Position numbers and translations under genes: made by a program | Origin: an uncultured Gemmatimonadaceae bacterium | GTDB taxonomy: Bacteria; Gemmatimonadota; Gemmatimonadetes; Gemmatimonadales; Gemmatimonadaceae | Direction of reading: 5' to 3' | Length of the DNA stretch: 64,000 bases | Assembly (NCBI GenBank): GCA_963843845.1 | Contig: CAWJMB010000002.1 | Location: 928,001 to 992,000 of the forward strand | Shown here: positions 31,392 to 42,715 of the stretch, piece by piece | Numbering within the stretch: position 1 is the first letter of the stretch | Layout: every line of letters begins with the position of its first letter | The notes under the pieces: model-generated | Databases searched by the model: none | What the model was told of the DNA's origin: nothing | What the model saw: the letters and a program-made list of their open reading frames with translations, nothing else

Positions 31392-31910
31392 TCAGCGGAT
31401 CGGCAGCCGGACTCCGACGCCGGGATACGGGTTCTTCGAGATCGGCATCGTCGGGTCGGGATCGTCTGGCGTCGTGCTGGCCGTCGAGAGCTTCACGAGC
31501 GCCGTGGCGAGCGCGCCGGCGGCGACGAGGCCGGCGACCGCGACGAGCGCGGATTTCCCCTTGTCGACCTCGCGCCTCGTCACCGACGCGACCTCGGCGC
31601 GGGAGAACGAGAACGACTGCCGCAGCCCGTCGACGCGTGCCGTGCCGTTGCGACTCGCGATCGGCAGCGACAGCGAGACCGAGTCGGGGCCGCGCAGCGT
31701 GAGCCGGCCGTCGAGGATCGTCGCGTACGCGCCCGTCTCCGGCGCGATCCGCGCGCCCGCCGTCGGCGTCACCACCACGCGCACCTCCTCGTCGGGCACG
31801 ACGGCGCCGGTCTCGATCGGCGTGTAGCGATAGCAGCCGCCCACGGTCGGCGACGCGAGGAACGCGAGCCAGACGGCGCGCCTGGCGAGAACGTGGCGAG
31901 AAGTCATCAT
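31392..31910 (-). CDS. Hypothetical lipoprotein
   Basis: VGGCYRYTP lipobox-like; C-terminal hydrophobic segment. Confidence 0.55.
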   Translation of the reverse strand: MMTSRHVLARRAVWLAFLASPTVGGCYRYTPIETGAVVPDEEVRVVVTPTAGARIAPETGAYATILDGRLTLRGPDSVSLSLPIASRNGTARVDGLRQSFSFSRAEVASVTRREVDKGKSALVAVAGLVAAGALATALVKLSTASTTPDDPDPTMPISKNPYPGVGVRLPIR

Positions 31911-31926
31911 CGTCAGAGGCTCACGA

Positions 31927-31954
31927 TTGCCGAGTGGGTCCACGGTCCTACAAT
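31927..31954 (+). promoter_or_regulatory. Sigma70-type promoter upstream of DUF885/CocE genes
   Basis: TTGCCG-16 nt-TACAAT. Confidence 0.45.
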
Positions 31955-32105
31955 ACGTCGAGCGCAGCGCCCCGCACTACCCGCACGTCGAGGCTCGACC
32001 GGATGCGATCGAGACCGGACGTGGAGAGTGAGCGGACGCCTTCGGCGGCGCGCACGTCGCCTATCGCTCGATGATCACTCATTCTCACGATCTGGGCCCA
32101 ACGTC

Positions 32106-33836
32106 ATGCTGAAGCTCGCCACCTGCGCTGTGCTCCTCGCAGCCCCGTTCACACTCGCCGCGCAGGGCTCCGCCGACGCTCGGCTGCGCGCGCTCTACAC
32201 GACCGAGTACGGCTGGCGGCAGCAGGCGTTGGGCGGCGGGCGCGGCGCGGGGGCGACGGCGTTCACGCGCATCGACGCCGCGTCGCAGAACGAACGTCTC
32301 GCGTACTGGGACCGGACGCTCGCCGCGCTCGACTCGATCCCGGCGGGCGACCTGTCGCCCGAGGAGAAGGTCAACGCGCAGGTCTTCCGCGCCCAGGTCA
32401 CCGCGCTCGCCAACGACGTCCGTTTCAAGACGTACGAGATGCCGTTCAACAGCGACTCGTTCTTCTGGTCGGAGTTCACGCCGCGCCAGGGCTACCCGAC
32501 CGCCGACGAGTACCGCCGCTACCTCACGCGCCTCCGCGACGTGCCGCGCTACTTCGACGAGCAGACGGCGAACATGCGCGCCGGCCTCGCCCGCGGCTTC
32601 AGCGTGCCGCGCGCGTCGCTCACGGGGCGTGACGGGACCATCGTGCCGTACACGAAGGCCGACACGACGAATCCGCTGTTCGCGCCGTTCGCGCAGCTCC
32701 CCGTCACCATGAGCGCCGCGGACAGGGCCGCGCTGCGCAGCGAGGGACTCGCCGTCATCCGCGACGTGATCGCGCCGCGCTACGCGAGTCTGCTCGCGTT
32801 CATCCGGACCGAGTATCTGCCGAGGACGCGGACCACGCTCGCCGCGACGACGATGCCCGACGGCGCCGCGTTCTACCAGTCGCAGATCGAGAAGTACACG
32901 ACGCTCACGCTGACACCGCAGGAGATCCACGCGATCGGCCTGCAGGAGGTCGCGCGCATCGACGCCGACATGCTCGCGACGATGCGGCAGGCCGGGTGGA
33001 CGGGGACGAAGGCCGCGTTCCTCAAGTTCCTCCGCACCGACCCGCGCTTCTACGCGAAGACCCCGCACCAGCTCCTCGCCGAAGCGGCGTACATCTCGAA
33101 GAAGGCCGATTACAAGCTGAAGGAGACGATCGGCACGCTCCCGCGCTACCGACACGGCATCGTCCCCGTCCCCGACGCGATCGCGCCGATCTACACGGCC
33201 GGCCGCGGCGGGCTCGACGCGTGCCTCATGAACACGTACGACCTGCCGTCGCGCACGCTCTACACGCTGCCCGCGCTCGTGCTGCACGAGTGCACGCCGG
33301 GGCACAGCTTCCAGGCCGCGCTCGCGCTCGAGGGGCCGGACCGGCCGCCGTTCCGCCGCGGCGGCGGCTTCTCGGGATACGGCGAGGGGTGGGGGCTCTA
33401 CACCGAGTGGCTCGGCACGCTCATGGGGATCTACGAGACCCCGTACGAGGAGTTCGGCCGCGAGACGTACGAGATGTGGCGCGCCTGCCGCCTCGTGATC
33501 GACACCGGCATCCACCACTACGGCTGGACGCGCCGGCAGGCGATCGACTACCTCCGCGAGCACTCGGCTCTCTCGTACCACGAGATCGACACCGAGGTCG
33601 ACCGCTACATCTCGTGGCCCGGCCAGGCGCTCGCCTACAAGCTCGGCGAGATCCAGATCCGTCGCGAGCGGAAGGAGGCGGAGGCGGCGCTCGGCGCGAA
33701 GTTCGACCAGCGCAAGTTCCACGACGCGATCCTCGCGCTCGGCAGCGTGCCGCTCCCGGTGCTCGACGAGCGGATCCGGCAGTTCATCGCGGACGGCGGC
33801 GAGAACCCGCCGGCGGCGCCGCGGCGGGTGCAGTGA
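32106..33836 (+). CDS. DUF885 family secreted protein (putative Zn peptidase)
   Basis: Signal peptide; LHECTPGHSFQ, EGWGLYTE, WRACRLVIDTGIH, EVDRYISWPGQALAYKLG. Confidence 0.88.
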   Translation: MLKLATCAVLLAAPFTLAAQGSADARLRALYTTEYGWRQQALGGGRGAGATAFTRIDAASQNERLAYWDRTLAALDSIPAGDLSPEEKVNAQVFRAQVTALANDVRFKTYEMPFNSDSFFWSEFTPRQGYPTADEYRRYLTRLRDVPRYFDEQTANMRAGLARGFSVPRASLTGRDGTIVPYTKADTTNPLFAPFAQLPVTMSAADRAALRSEGLAVIRDVIAPRYASLLAFIRTEYLPRTRTTLAATTMPDGAAFYQSQIEKYTTLTLTPQEIHAIGLQEVARIDADMLATMRQAGWTGTKAAFLKFLRTDPRFYAKTPHQLLAEAAYISKKADYKLKETIGTLPRYRHGIVPVPDAIAPIYTAGRGGLDACLMNTYDLPSRTLYTLPALVLHECTPGHSFQAALALEGPDRPPFRRGGGFSGYGEGWGLYTEWLGTLMGIYETPYEEFGRETYEMWRACRLVIDTGIHHYGWTRRQAIDYLREHSALSYHEIDTEVDRYISWPGQALAYKLGEIQIRRERKEAEAALGAKFDQRKFHDAILALGSVPLPVLDERIRQFIADGGENPPAAPRRVQ

Positions 33837-35691
33837 TGCGGCGTCGGCTCCTCGCCGCGGCGGCGGCCCTCAGCGCGGCGGCGAGCGTCGTCGCGGCGCA
33901 GCCGGCGCGAACCGACAGCGCCTTCGTCGAGATCGACACGATGATCGCGGCGCGCGACGGCGTGCGCCTGTTCACGAAGATCTTCGTGCCGCGCGCGCCG
34001 CACGGACCGCTGCCGTTCCTGTTCGTCCGCACCCCGTACGGCATCGACGGCCAGACGCCGGCGAGCGTGACGCAGTCGACCGCGTTCTACGGGCGCGACC
34101 GGTACGTCTTCGTCTATCAGGACATCCGCGGGAAGTTCAGGTCGGAGGGCGAGTTCGTCATGCAGCGCCCCCCGCGCACCGACCGCGCGCGCGGCATCGA
34201 CGAGAGCACCGACGCCTACGACTCGATCGACTGGCTCGTGCGCAACGTGCCGGACAACAACGGGCGCGTCGGGATGACCGGCGTGTCGTACCCGGGGTGG
34301 CTCGCCGCGATGGCGATGCTCGACCCGCACCCGGCGCTCAAGGCCGTCTCGCCCCAGGCCTCGCCGGCCGACATGTTCCTCGGCGACGACTTCCACCACC
34401 AGGGCGCGTTCCGGCTCAGCTACGGCTTCGAGTACGCGACGATGATGGAGAGCGGCAAGGACGTCGAGAACTTCCAGTTCGACGTCTACGACACCTACGA
34501 CTGGTACCTGCGTCAGGGCTCGCTCGCGAACGTCACGCGGCGGCTCGCCGGCAAGATCCCGACGTGGAACGGACTTCGTCACGCACCCCAACTACGACGC
34601 GTTCTGGCAGCGGCAGGCGATGCGCCCGTACCTGACGCGGGTGACGGTGCCGACGCTCAACGTCGCCGGCTGGTGGGACCAGGAAGACTTCTACGGCCCG
34701 GTGCACATCTACCGCGAGCTCGAGAAGCACGACGTGCGGAATCAGAACTTCCTCGTCGTCGGCCCGTGGAGCCACGGCGGGTGGATGGCGCGGCGACGGC
34801 AGCGCGTTGGGCAACATCCAGTTCGGCAGCGCGACGGGGAAGTTCTTCCGCGACTCGATCATGGCGCCGTTCTTCGCCCACTACCTGCACGACGAGGGCA
34901 GCTCGCACGCTCGCCGAGGCGACGGTGTTCGAGGCGGGGAGCAACGTGTGGAGGACGTACGACGCGTGGCCCGCCACGCGGGGCGTCACCGCGCGCGCTC
35001 TCTACTTCCGCGACGAGCGGCACGCTCGCGTTCGAGCCGCCCGCCGGCGAGCACGCCGCCGACCGCGCACGACGCCTACGTCTCCGACCCCGCGAAGCCG
35101 GTGCCGTACCGCGCCCGCCCCATCCAGGCGACCTACGAGCCGCGCGGCTCCGGCTGGTCCACGTGGCTCACCGAGGACCAGCGCTTCGCGTCGAGCCGCC
35201 CCGACGTGCTGACCTACGACACCGGCGTGCTCGCGAGCGACGTCACGATCGCCGGCGACATCTCGGTCACGCTCCACGCCGCCACGACCGGCAGCGACGC
35301 GGACTGGGTCGTGAAGCTGATCGACGTCTACCCCGACACGGGGATGCGCGACCTCAAGATGAACGGCTACCAGCTCATGGTCGCGAACGACGTGCTGCGC
35401 GGCCGCTTCCGCGAGTCGTTCGAGCGGCCGGCGGCGGTGGTGCCGAACGCGGTGACGAAGTTCACCGTCGACCTGCACACGCAGGCGTACACGTTCAAGC
35501 GCGGGCACCGCATCATGGTGCAGGTGCAGAGCAGCTGGTTCCCGCTCATCGACCGGAACCCGCAGACGTTCGTGCCGAACATCTTCGAGGCGAAGGACGC
35601 CGACTTCCGCGCCGCCACGCAGCGCGTCTATCGCTCGGCGAGATACCCGTCGCAGATCGTGCTGCCGATCGTCGACCGGACCGTGCCCTAG
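33836..35691 (+). CDS. CocE/NonD family hydrolase (alpha-amino acid ester hydrolase / X-Pro dipeptidyl-peptidase-like), about 5 frameshifts in 34570-35050
   Basis: RTPY, QDIRGKFRSEG, GVSYPG nucleophile, WDQED, GPWSHGGW, QSSWFPLIDRNPQ, spread over several frames. Confidence 0.85.
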
Positions 35692-35724
35692 ACGACCGGG
35701 GCGCGCCGGTAGCGCTCGGCGGAT

Positions 35725-35736
35725 ATTGGATACAAT
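35725..35736 (+). promoter_or_regulatory. GntR/HypR-type operator overlapping a TACAAT -10 box
   Basis: ATTGGATACAAT; exact reverse complement at 46501-46512. Confidence 0.65.
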
Positions 35737-35764
35737 GTACGGGTGTCCCGCTCCCCGCCACCGC

Positions 35765-38059
35765 ATGCGCCTCGTCACCCTCCGCGTCGCGACGTGTCTC
35801 CTCGCCGGCGCGGCCGCGCCGCTCGCCGCGCCGCTCGCCGCGCCGCTCGCCGCGCCGCTCGCCGCTCCGCTCCACGCGCAGGGGCGCGGGGGGCCGCCCG
35901 AGCCCCCCGTCGCGCAGTCGGTCCCGGCTGACCTCCGGCCGCTCCTCGCGCCGCACCGCAGCGAGATGCGCCTCGTCACGACGCGCTACGCGGCGGACCG
36001 CGCGCTGCTCAACACGAACTACGCCGGCGTCGCGGCGACGGGCGGCGGGGGCGGCGGAGGGCCGCGCACGGCGACTCCCGCCGATACGGTCCCGCTCTCT
36101 CGCGCGCGCATCGCGCGCCTCAAGCGCTTCGACCTGTCGTGGCAGACCGCGCTCGGGCGGCTCGACGCGGCGGCGCTGACGCCTCCCGCGCGCGCCGACC
36201 TCGACTCGCTCCGACGCACCGTCGCCGCGAATCTCGCTCGCCTCGACGACGACACGCGCGCCCTCGCCGTGACGATGCCGCTCACGCCGTTCGCGGCGCC
36301 GCTCGTCGGCCTCGTCGAGGCGCGCATCCGCGTCGACCCGGTCGACGGCGAGTCGGCGGCGCGCACGCTGACGAACGTCACGCGCGACCTCGCCACGCTC
36401 AAGGCACGACTCGAGGCGGGGCTCGGCAGGGCGCCGAACGGCATCCCGGTCGCGCCGCTCCGCGTGAGCCGCGAGCAGGCCACGCTCGCCGCGAAGGCCA
36501 CCGAGACGCTGCGCGCGAACCTCGCGTACTGGTACACGTTCTTTCACGGCTACGACCCGCTGTTCACCTGGTGGGTCGAGATGCCGTACGCGAAGGTCGA
36601 CGACGCCCTGAAGGACTACGCGACGTTCCTCGGCGGCGCGGTCGCGAGCGCGGACAACCCGCCCGACGCCGACATCCCGAGCCTCACGATCCCCCCCGCC
36701 GCGCCGCCGACGTACGGCGAGGTGCCGGACCTCCGCGAACTGCTCGCGCTCCCGCAGGACGAGATGACCGACGTCGTGCGGCGCTTCGTGGGCAGCGGCG
36801 GCACGGGGCGCGCGAGCGGCGGTCGCGGCAACGAGCCGGGCGCCGGCCAGCCGCGCGACTCGGCGTACTACACCGGGTGGCTCGCGGCACTCCAGACGCT
36901 CGACTTCGACCGCCTCACGCGCAACGCGCAGGTCGACTACCTGTATCTGCGCAACGTCGCCGACGTGCAGCTCCGGCGCATGGGCACGACGCTCCCCGCG
37001 AACCCGCCGCGCAAGACCGACAGCAGCGGCATTCCCGGCGCCGCGCGCGGACGCGAGGGGCTCATTCGCGACCTGCAGGACGAGCTGATTCCGTACACGC
37101 CCGAGCAGCTCATCGCGCTCGCCGAGCGCGAGTTCGCGTGGTGCGACGCGGAGATGTTGAAGGCGTCGCGCGCGATGGGCTTCGGCACCGACTGGAAGAA
37201 GGCGCTCGAGAAGACGAAGACGATGCACCCGCCGCCGGGCGGCCAGCCGGCGATGATCCGCGATCTGCTCGAGGAGGCGGTCGCCTACCTCCGCGCGAAC
37301 GACCTGATCACCGTGCCGCCGGTCGACGCCGAGTCGCAGCACATGATCATGATGTCCCCCGAGCGGCAGCTCGTGAACCCGTTCTTCCTCGGCGGCGCCC
37401 TCATCCAGGTGTCGTTCCCGACGAACACGATGGAGTTCGACGCGCGGCAGCAGAGCATGCGCGGCAACAGCCGCCCGTGGTCGCACGCGACGGCGTTCCA
37501 CGAGATGATCCCCGGTCACAACCTCGTGTCGTACTACGGGCAGCGCTTCGCGGGCTACCGCGCCCAGCTCGGCGCGAGCGGGCCGTTCTTCGGCGAGGGG
37601 TGGCCGGTGTACTGGGAGACCATCATGTACGACAAGGGCTTCCACGACACGCCCGAGGAGAAGGTCGGCGCGCTCGTCTGGCGCATGCACCGCTGCGCGC
37701 GGATCATCTTCTCGCTCCGCTTCCACATGGGAGAGTGGTCGCCGCAGCAGGCCGTCGACTTCCTCGTCGACCGCGTCGGCTTCGAGCGCGACAACGCCCG
37801 CGCCGAGGTGCTGCGCTCGTTCCAGGGCGGCTACGGGCCGCTCTATCAGGCCGGCTATCTGCTCGGCGCGCTGCAGTTCCGCGGCCTGCGCCGCGAGCTC
37901 GTCGACTCGAAGCTGATGCCCGAGAAGCAGTTCCACGACGAGGTGATGCGCCAGGGCTCGCAGCCCGTCGCGCTGATCCGGCTCGCGTTAGGCAAGCAGA
38001 AGCTGACGCGCGACACGCCGGTCGAGTGGAAGTTCTACGGCGAGCTGCCGAGCCGCTGA
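35765..38059 (+). CDS. DUF885 family secreted protein (putative Zn peptidase), long form
   Basis: Signal peptide; FHEMIPGH, EGWPVYWE, WRMHRCARI, PLYQAGYLLG, FHDEV. Confidence 0.82.
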   Translation: MRLVTLRVATCLLAGAAAPLAAPLAAPLAAPLAAPLHAQGRGGPPEPPVAQSVPADLRPLLAPHRSEMRLVTTRYAADRALLNTNYAGVAATGGGGGGGPRTATPADTVPLSRARIARLKRFDLSWQTALGRLDAAALTPPARADLDSLRRTVAANLARLDDDTRALAVTMPLTPFAAPLVGLVEARIRVDPVDGESAARTLTNVTRDLATLKARLEAGLGRAPNGIPVAPLRVSREQATLAAKATETLRANLAYWYTFFHGYDPLFTWWVEMPYAKVDDALKDYATFLGGAVASADNPPDADIPSLTIPPAAPPTYGEVPDLRELLALPQDEMTDVVRRFVGSGGTGRASGGRGNEPGAGQPRDSAYYTGWLAALQTLDFDRLTRNAQVDYLYLRNVADVQLRRMGTTLPANPPRKTDSSGIPGAARGREGLIRDLQDELIPYTPEQLIALAEREFAWCDAEMLKASRAMGFGTDWKKALEKTKTMHPPPGGQPAMIRDLLEEAVAYLRANDLITVPPVDAESQHMIMMSPERQLVNPFFLGGALIQVSFPTNTMEFDARQQSMRGNSRPWSHATAFHEMIPGHNLVSYYGQRFAGYRAQLGASGPFFGEGWPVYWETIMYDKGFHDTPEEKVGALVWRMHRCARIIFSLRFHMGEWSPQQAVDFLVDRVGFERDNARAEVLRSFQGGYGPLYQAGYLLGALQFRGLRRELVDSKLMPEKQFHDEVMRQGSQPVALIRLALGKQKLTRDTPVEWKFYGELPSR
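35813..35872. repeat. 12-bp tandem repeat x5 encoding (AAPL)n in the signal peptide
   Basis: gccgcgccgctc units. Confidence 0.8.
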
Positions 38060-38189
38060 GCATGAACCGGGCTATTCATGTTTGACGGGAGGAACAGAAC
38101 GGGCAGGGACGCGCACGCGTGTGCGGCCCTCCCGTCCGTTCCGTTCCTGCCGTCGAAACGACACCGCGACACTCCTACTCCACCGCACC

Positions 38190-39480
38190 ATGCTCCGTCG
38201 TGATTTTGCAGGCTTGACGTTGGGCGCCACCGGGCTCGCCGCGTTCGGCCGCCGGGCCGTCGCCGCGCCGGTCGAGATCGAGGCCGACGTGCCGTCGTCG
38301 ATCGACCGCTTGCAGCCGATGACGAACGGCGTCGTGCCGATCGGCGACGACGAACGCCGCGCGCGGATCGAGAAGGCGCAGCGGCTGATGGCCGAGAACG
38401 GCATCGGCGCGCTGATGCTCGAGCGCGGCACGAGCATGCTCTACTTCACCGGCGTGCGCTGGGGGCTCAGCGAGCGCCCGTTCGTCGTGGTGATTCCGGC
38501 GCGAGGCGAGCTCGCGTGGGTGACGCCGGCGTTCGAGGAGGAGCGCGCGCGCGAGCTCATCAAGTTCTCGCAACGACGTGCGCGTCTGGCAGGAGGACGA
38601 GAGCCCGTACCGCGTGATCGCCGGCATCCTGCGCGACCGCGGCGCCGGGACGCGGCAAGATCGGCGTCGAGGAGCGCATGCGCTTCTTCATCGCCGACGG
38701 CGTGCAGCAGGAGCTGCCGCGCGCGTCGCTTCGTCGAGCGCCACGCCGGTCACCGCCGGCTGCCGCATGATCAAGTCGCCGGCCGAGATCGCGCTCATGC
38801 AGCGGGCGAACGACATCACGCTCGCCGGCGCTACAAGGCCGCGTTCGCGACGCTGCACGAGGGCATGACGCAGTTCGAGTTCCAGCGGAACGTCGCAGGC
38901 CGCGTTCGCGAAGCTCGGCGTGCCGGGCGGGTCGGCGCGCTGGTCGCAGTTCGGCAAGTGCACCGCGTTTCCGCACGGCAGCATCCAGCCGCAGCAAGCT
39001 GCGCGAGGGCGACGTCGTGCTCGTCGACGGCGGCTGCACGCGTCGAGGGCTACGCGTCGGACATCACGCGCACGACGGTGTTCGGCAGGCCGACCGCAGC
39101 GGCAGACGCGACGTCTGGGATCTCGAGAAGCGCGCGCAGGCCGCGGCGTTCGCCGCCGCGCAGATCGGCGCGACGTGCGAGTCGGTCGACGCCGCGGCGC
39201 GCAAGGTGATCACCGCCGCCGGCTTCGGGCCCGGACTACAAGGTGCCGGGGCTGCCGCACCGCACCGGCCACGGCATCGGCATCGACGGCCACGAGTGGA
39301 CGAACTTCGTGCGCGGCAACACGACGCGCCTCGCAGCCGGGCATGTGCTTCAGCGACGAGCCGATGATCGCGATCTACGGGGAGTTCGGCATCCGGCTCG
39401 AGGACTGCCTCTACATGACCGAGAGCGGGCCGCGCTACTTCACCGGGCAGGCGAAGTCGATGACCGACCTGTTCAGTTGA
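38190..39480 (+). CDS. Xaa-Pro peptidase (M24B, prolidase-like) with Tat signal, multiply frameshifted
   Basis: MLRRDF twin-arginine; YFTG..SERP; VDGG..GYASDITRT, HRTGHGIG, FSDEP, GIRLED in shifting frames. Confidence 0.82.
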
Positions 39481-39485
39481 CACGC

Positions 39486-40244
39486 GTGCCGCGACGTCCG
39501 ACCGCGACTCCCGCGCGCGCGCCCGACGCGGCGCGGGCGTCCGGCGCCGCGACCGTGCTCCCGATCCGCCGCCAGACGCTCGCGGGCATGACGCTCGACG
39601 CGCTGCGCGACCGCATCCTGCACGGCATCTACCCCGAAGGCGAGCCGCTCCGTCAGGACGCGATCGCCGACGAGCTCGGCGTGAGCCGCATCCCGGTGCG
39701 CGAGGCGCTGCGTCAGCTCGAGGCCGAGGGGCTCGTGACCTTCAACCCGCACCGCGGGGCGGTCGTCTCGTCGCTCTCGCTGCCGGAGATCACCGAGCTG
39801 TTCGAGCTGCGCGCGCTCATCGAGGTCGAGCTGCTCCGGCTCGCCGTGCCGAACGCGTCGGCGGACGACGTCGCGCGCGGGCGCCAGCTGCTCGACGCGT
39901 ACGACACCGCGCTCCTCTCGGGCGACGTCGCGTCGTGGGGCGCGATGAACTGGCAGTTCCACTCGACGCTCTACGCCCCCGCCGACCGTGCGTTCACGCT
40001 CGGCGTCGCACAGCGGCTGCACCAGCAGTGCGACCGCTACCTGCGCATGCAGCTCGCGCTGACCCGCGGCGCGACGCGCGCGACGACCGAGCACCGCGCC
40101 ATCCTCGCCGCCGTGCGCAAGCGCGACGCGGAGCGCGCCTGCGCCCTGCTGCGCGACCACGTGATCGGCGCCGGGCGCACGCTCCACGACTTCCTCGCGA
40201 ACGAGCGAGGCATCGCACTCACTCGCACCAGACTGTCTCAGTGA
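39486..40244 (+). CDS. GntR (FadR/FCD) transcriptional regulator, HypR-like
   Basis: LRQDAIADELGVSRIPVREALRQLEAEGLV; N.QFHSTL, EHRAIL; start GTG 39486 or ATG 39588. Confidence 0.9.
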   Translation: MPRRPTATPARAPDAARASGAATVLPIRRQTLAGMTLDALRDRILHGIYPEGEPLRQDAIADELGVSRIPVREALRQLEAEGLVTFNPHRGAVVSSLSLPEITELFELRALIEVELLRLAVPNASADDVARGRQLLDAYDTALLSGDVASWGAMNWQFHSTLYAPADRAFTLGVAQRLHQQCDRYLRMQLALTRGATRATTEHRAILAAVRKRDAERACALLRDHVIGAGRTLHDFLANERGIALTRTRLSQ

Positions 40245-41704
40245 TCGACATGCCGACGGCCGACGCCCCGCGCCTGCAGCCCTTCATCGCCGGCGCGTTC
40301 CGGCCGAGCGATTCCGAGCGGTGGCTCGACAGCGTGAACCCCTCGGACGCGCACGACGTCGTCGCGCAGGTACCGCACGGCAGCGAGGCCGACGTGCGCC
40401 TCGCCGTCGACGCCGCGGCCGAGGCGTTCCCTGCGTGGCGCGCCCTCACCGGCCCCGCGCGTGCCGAGCATCTGTATCGGTGGGCGGCGGCGATCGGCGA
40501 GCGGCAGGAGCCGCTCGCGCAGGCGATGACGCGCGAAGTCGGCAAGCCGATCGGCGAGGCGCGCGGCGAGGCGGCACGGTGCGTCGCGATCCTGCGCTAC
40601 TACGCCGGCGAGGCGGTACGCGCCGTCGGTTCGGTGATCCCGGCGCAGGCCGCGGGCGCGCTGCAGTACACGTTGCACGAACCGCTCGGCGTCGTCGCGC
40701 TGATCACGCCGTGGAACTTCCCCGCGGCGATCCCGCTGTGGAAGGCGGCGCCGGCGCTCGCGTTCGGCAACACCGTCGTGCTCAAGCCGGCGGAGATGTC
40801 GTCGCACGTCGCGACGCTGCTCGCGGAGACGGCGGTCGCCGCGGGGCTGCCGCGCGGCGTGTTCAACGTCGTCCTGGGCACCGGCGCGGAGATCGGGCCG
40901 GCGCTCGTCGGGGCGTCGGCGGTCCGCGCGGTGAGCTTCACCGGTTCGGGCGCCGTCGGCGCGACCGTCGCGGCGGCCGCCGCGGCGCGCAACATCCGGT
41001 ATCAGACCGAGATGGGCGGCAAGAACGTCGTCATCGTGCTGCCGGACGCGGACCTCACGCAGGCCGCGACGCTGACCGCGGCCGGCGCGATGCGCTACGC
41101 GGGGCAGAAGTGCACGGCGACGAGCCGCGTCGTCGTCGCGCGCGAGATCGAGGACGCATTCCTCGGCGAGCTGCGCGCGCAGGTCGAGGCGCTGCCGTTA
41201 GGCCCGGTGACCGACGCGACCGCCGCCGTCGGCCCGCTCATCAGCGAGCGGTCGCGCACGTCGGTCCGCGACGCGCTCGCCGCGTTCGAGGGCACGTCGT
41301 ATTTCGAGCGGCGTGTCCCGGAGGGGAGCGGATACGACCGCGGCTTCTTCCACCCGCCGACGATCTACCGCGACGTCCCCGCCGACTCGGCGCTCGCGCA
41401 GCAGGAGCTGTTCGCGCCGGTGCTCGCCGTGATGACGGCCGACGACCTCGAGCACGCCCTCGCCCTCGCGAACGACGTGACGTACGGCCTCAGCGCGTCG
41501 CTGTTCACGCGCGACCTGCGCAGCGCGCTGCACTACGTCAGCCGCATCGAGGTCGGTCTCGTGCGCGTGAACGGCGACACGACCGGCGTCGATCCGCACG
41601 CGCCGTTCGGCGGCATGAAGGGATCGAGCTCCGGCAGCCGCGAGCAGGGCCCGGCGGCGCGCGAGTTCTACACCGAGATCAAGACGGTGCAGGTGAATCC
41701 GTGA
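40241..41704 (+). CDS. Aldehyde dehydrogenase, probable alpha-ketoglutaric semialdehyde dehydrogenase
   Basis: ITPWNFP, SFTGS, EMGGKN, GQKCTATSR, PFGGMKGS; hydroxyproline context. Confidence 0.85.
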   Translation: MIDMPTADAPRLQPFIAGAFRPSDSERWLDSVNPSDAHDVVAQVPHGSEADVRLAVDAAAEAFPAWRALTGPARAEHLYRWAAAIGERQEPLAQAMTREVGKPIGEARGEAARCVAILRYYAGEAVRAVGSVIPAQAAGALQYTLHEPLGVVALITPWNFPAAIPLWKAAPALAFGNTVVLKPAEMSSHVATLLAETAVAAGLPRGVFNVVLGTGAEIGPALVGASAVRAVSFTGSGAVGATVAAAAAARNIRYQTEMGGKNVVIVLPDADLTQAATLTAAGAMRYAGQKCTATSRVVVAREIEDAFLGELRAQVEALPLGPVTDATAAVGPLISERSRTSVRDALAAFEGTSYFERRVPEGSGYDRGFFHPPTIYRDVPADSALAQQELFAPVLAVMTADDLEHALALANDVTYGLSASLFTRDLRSALHYVSRIEVGLVRVNGDTTGVDPHAPFGGMKGSSSGSREQGPAAREFYTEIKTVQVNP

Positions 41705-42680
41705 GCGACGGCATCCGCGTCATCGACAGCCACACCGAAGGCGAGCCCACGCGCGTCGTCATCGACGGCTGGCCGATGCCGAACGGCGACACGATGGCGG
41801 CGCGGCGCGACGACCTGCGCGCACGCTTCGACACGCTGCGCCGCGCCGTCGTCTGCGAGCCGCGTGGGCACGACGCCGTCGTCGGCGCGCTGCTCACGCC
41901 TCCCGTCCACGCCTCGTCCGCCGCCGGCATCGTGTTCTTCAACAACGGCACGTACCTCGGCATGTGCGGGCACGGGCTCATCGGCGTCGTCCGCACGCTC
42001 GAGTATCTCGGGCGCCTGACGACCGGCACGCACGCCTTCGACACGCCGGTCGGCACCGTGCGGGCGACGCTCGCACGACGACGGCAGCGTGACGATCGTG
42101 AACGTCGCGCCGAGCGTGTACGCGCAGCGACGTGACGGTGGACGTGCCGGGGTACGGGCGCGTGACCGGCGACGTCGCCTACGGCGGCAACTGGTTCTTC
42201 ATCACGCACGCCGATGGGGTGGCGGAGGCGCCGCCGGTCGACATGGCGCACGTGCGCGACCTCGAACGGTTCACGCAGGCGATCCAGGACGCGATCCGCG
42301 CACAGGGCATCACCGGCGCCGACGGCGCCGACGTCGACCACGTCGAGCTCTCGGCGGCGCCGGCGCGCGACGACGCGGACGGGCGCAACTTCGTGCTCTG
42401 CTCGGGCGGCGAGTACGACCGCTCGCCGTGCGGCACGGGCACGTCGGCGAAGATGGCGGCGCTGCACGCGCGCGGTGCGCTGGCGTTGGGGGTGCCGTGG
42501 CGGCAGGAGAGCATCACGGGCGGTCTGTTCACCGGGTGGCTCACCGCGGGCGACGACGGGGCGCTCGTGCCGCACGTGCGCGGCACGGCCTTCGTCACCG
42601 GCGAGACGACGCTGCGCTTCGATCCGTCGGACCCGTTCCGCTTCGGCATCCCGACCGCGACCGGTGCCACTGCCGAGTGA
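41701..42680 (+). CDS. lhpA: 4-hydroxyproline 2-epimerase (proline racemase family), frameshifted near 42075 and 42130
   Basis: IDSHTEGEPTR, EPRGHD, FFNNGTYLGMCGHG and DRSPCGTGT (Cys/Cys pair). Confidence 0.85.
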
Positions 42681-42715
42681 GCGCGGCGTGAACGCGCGGC
42701 GGCGGTGAGCCGATC

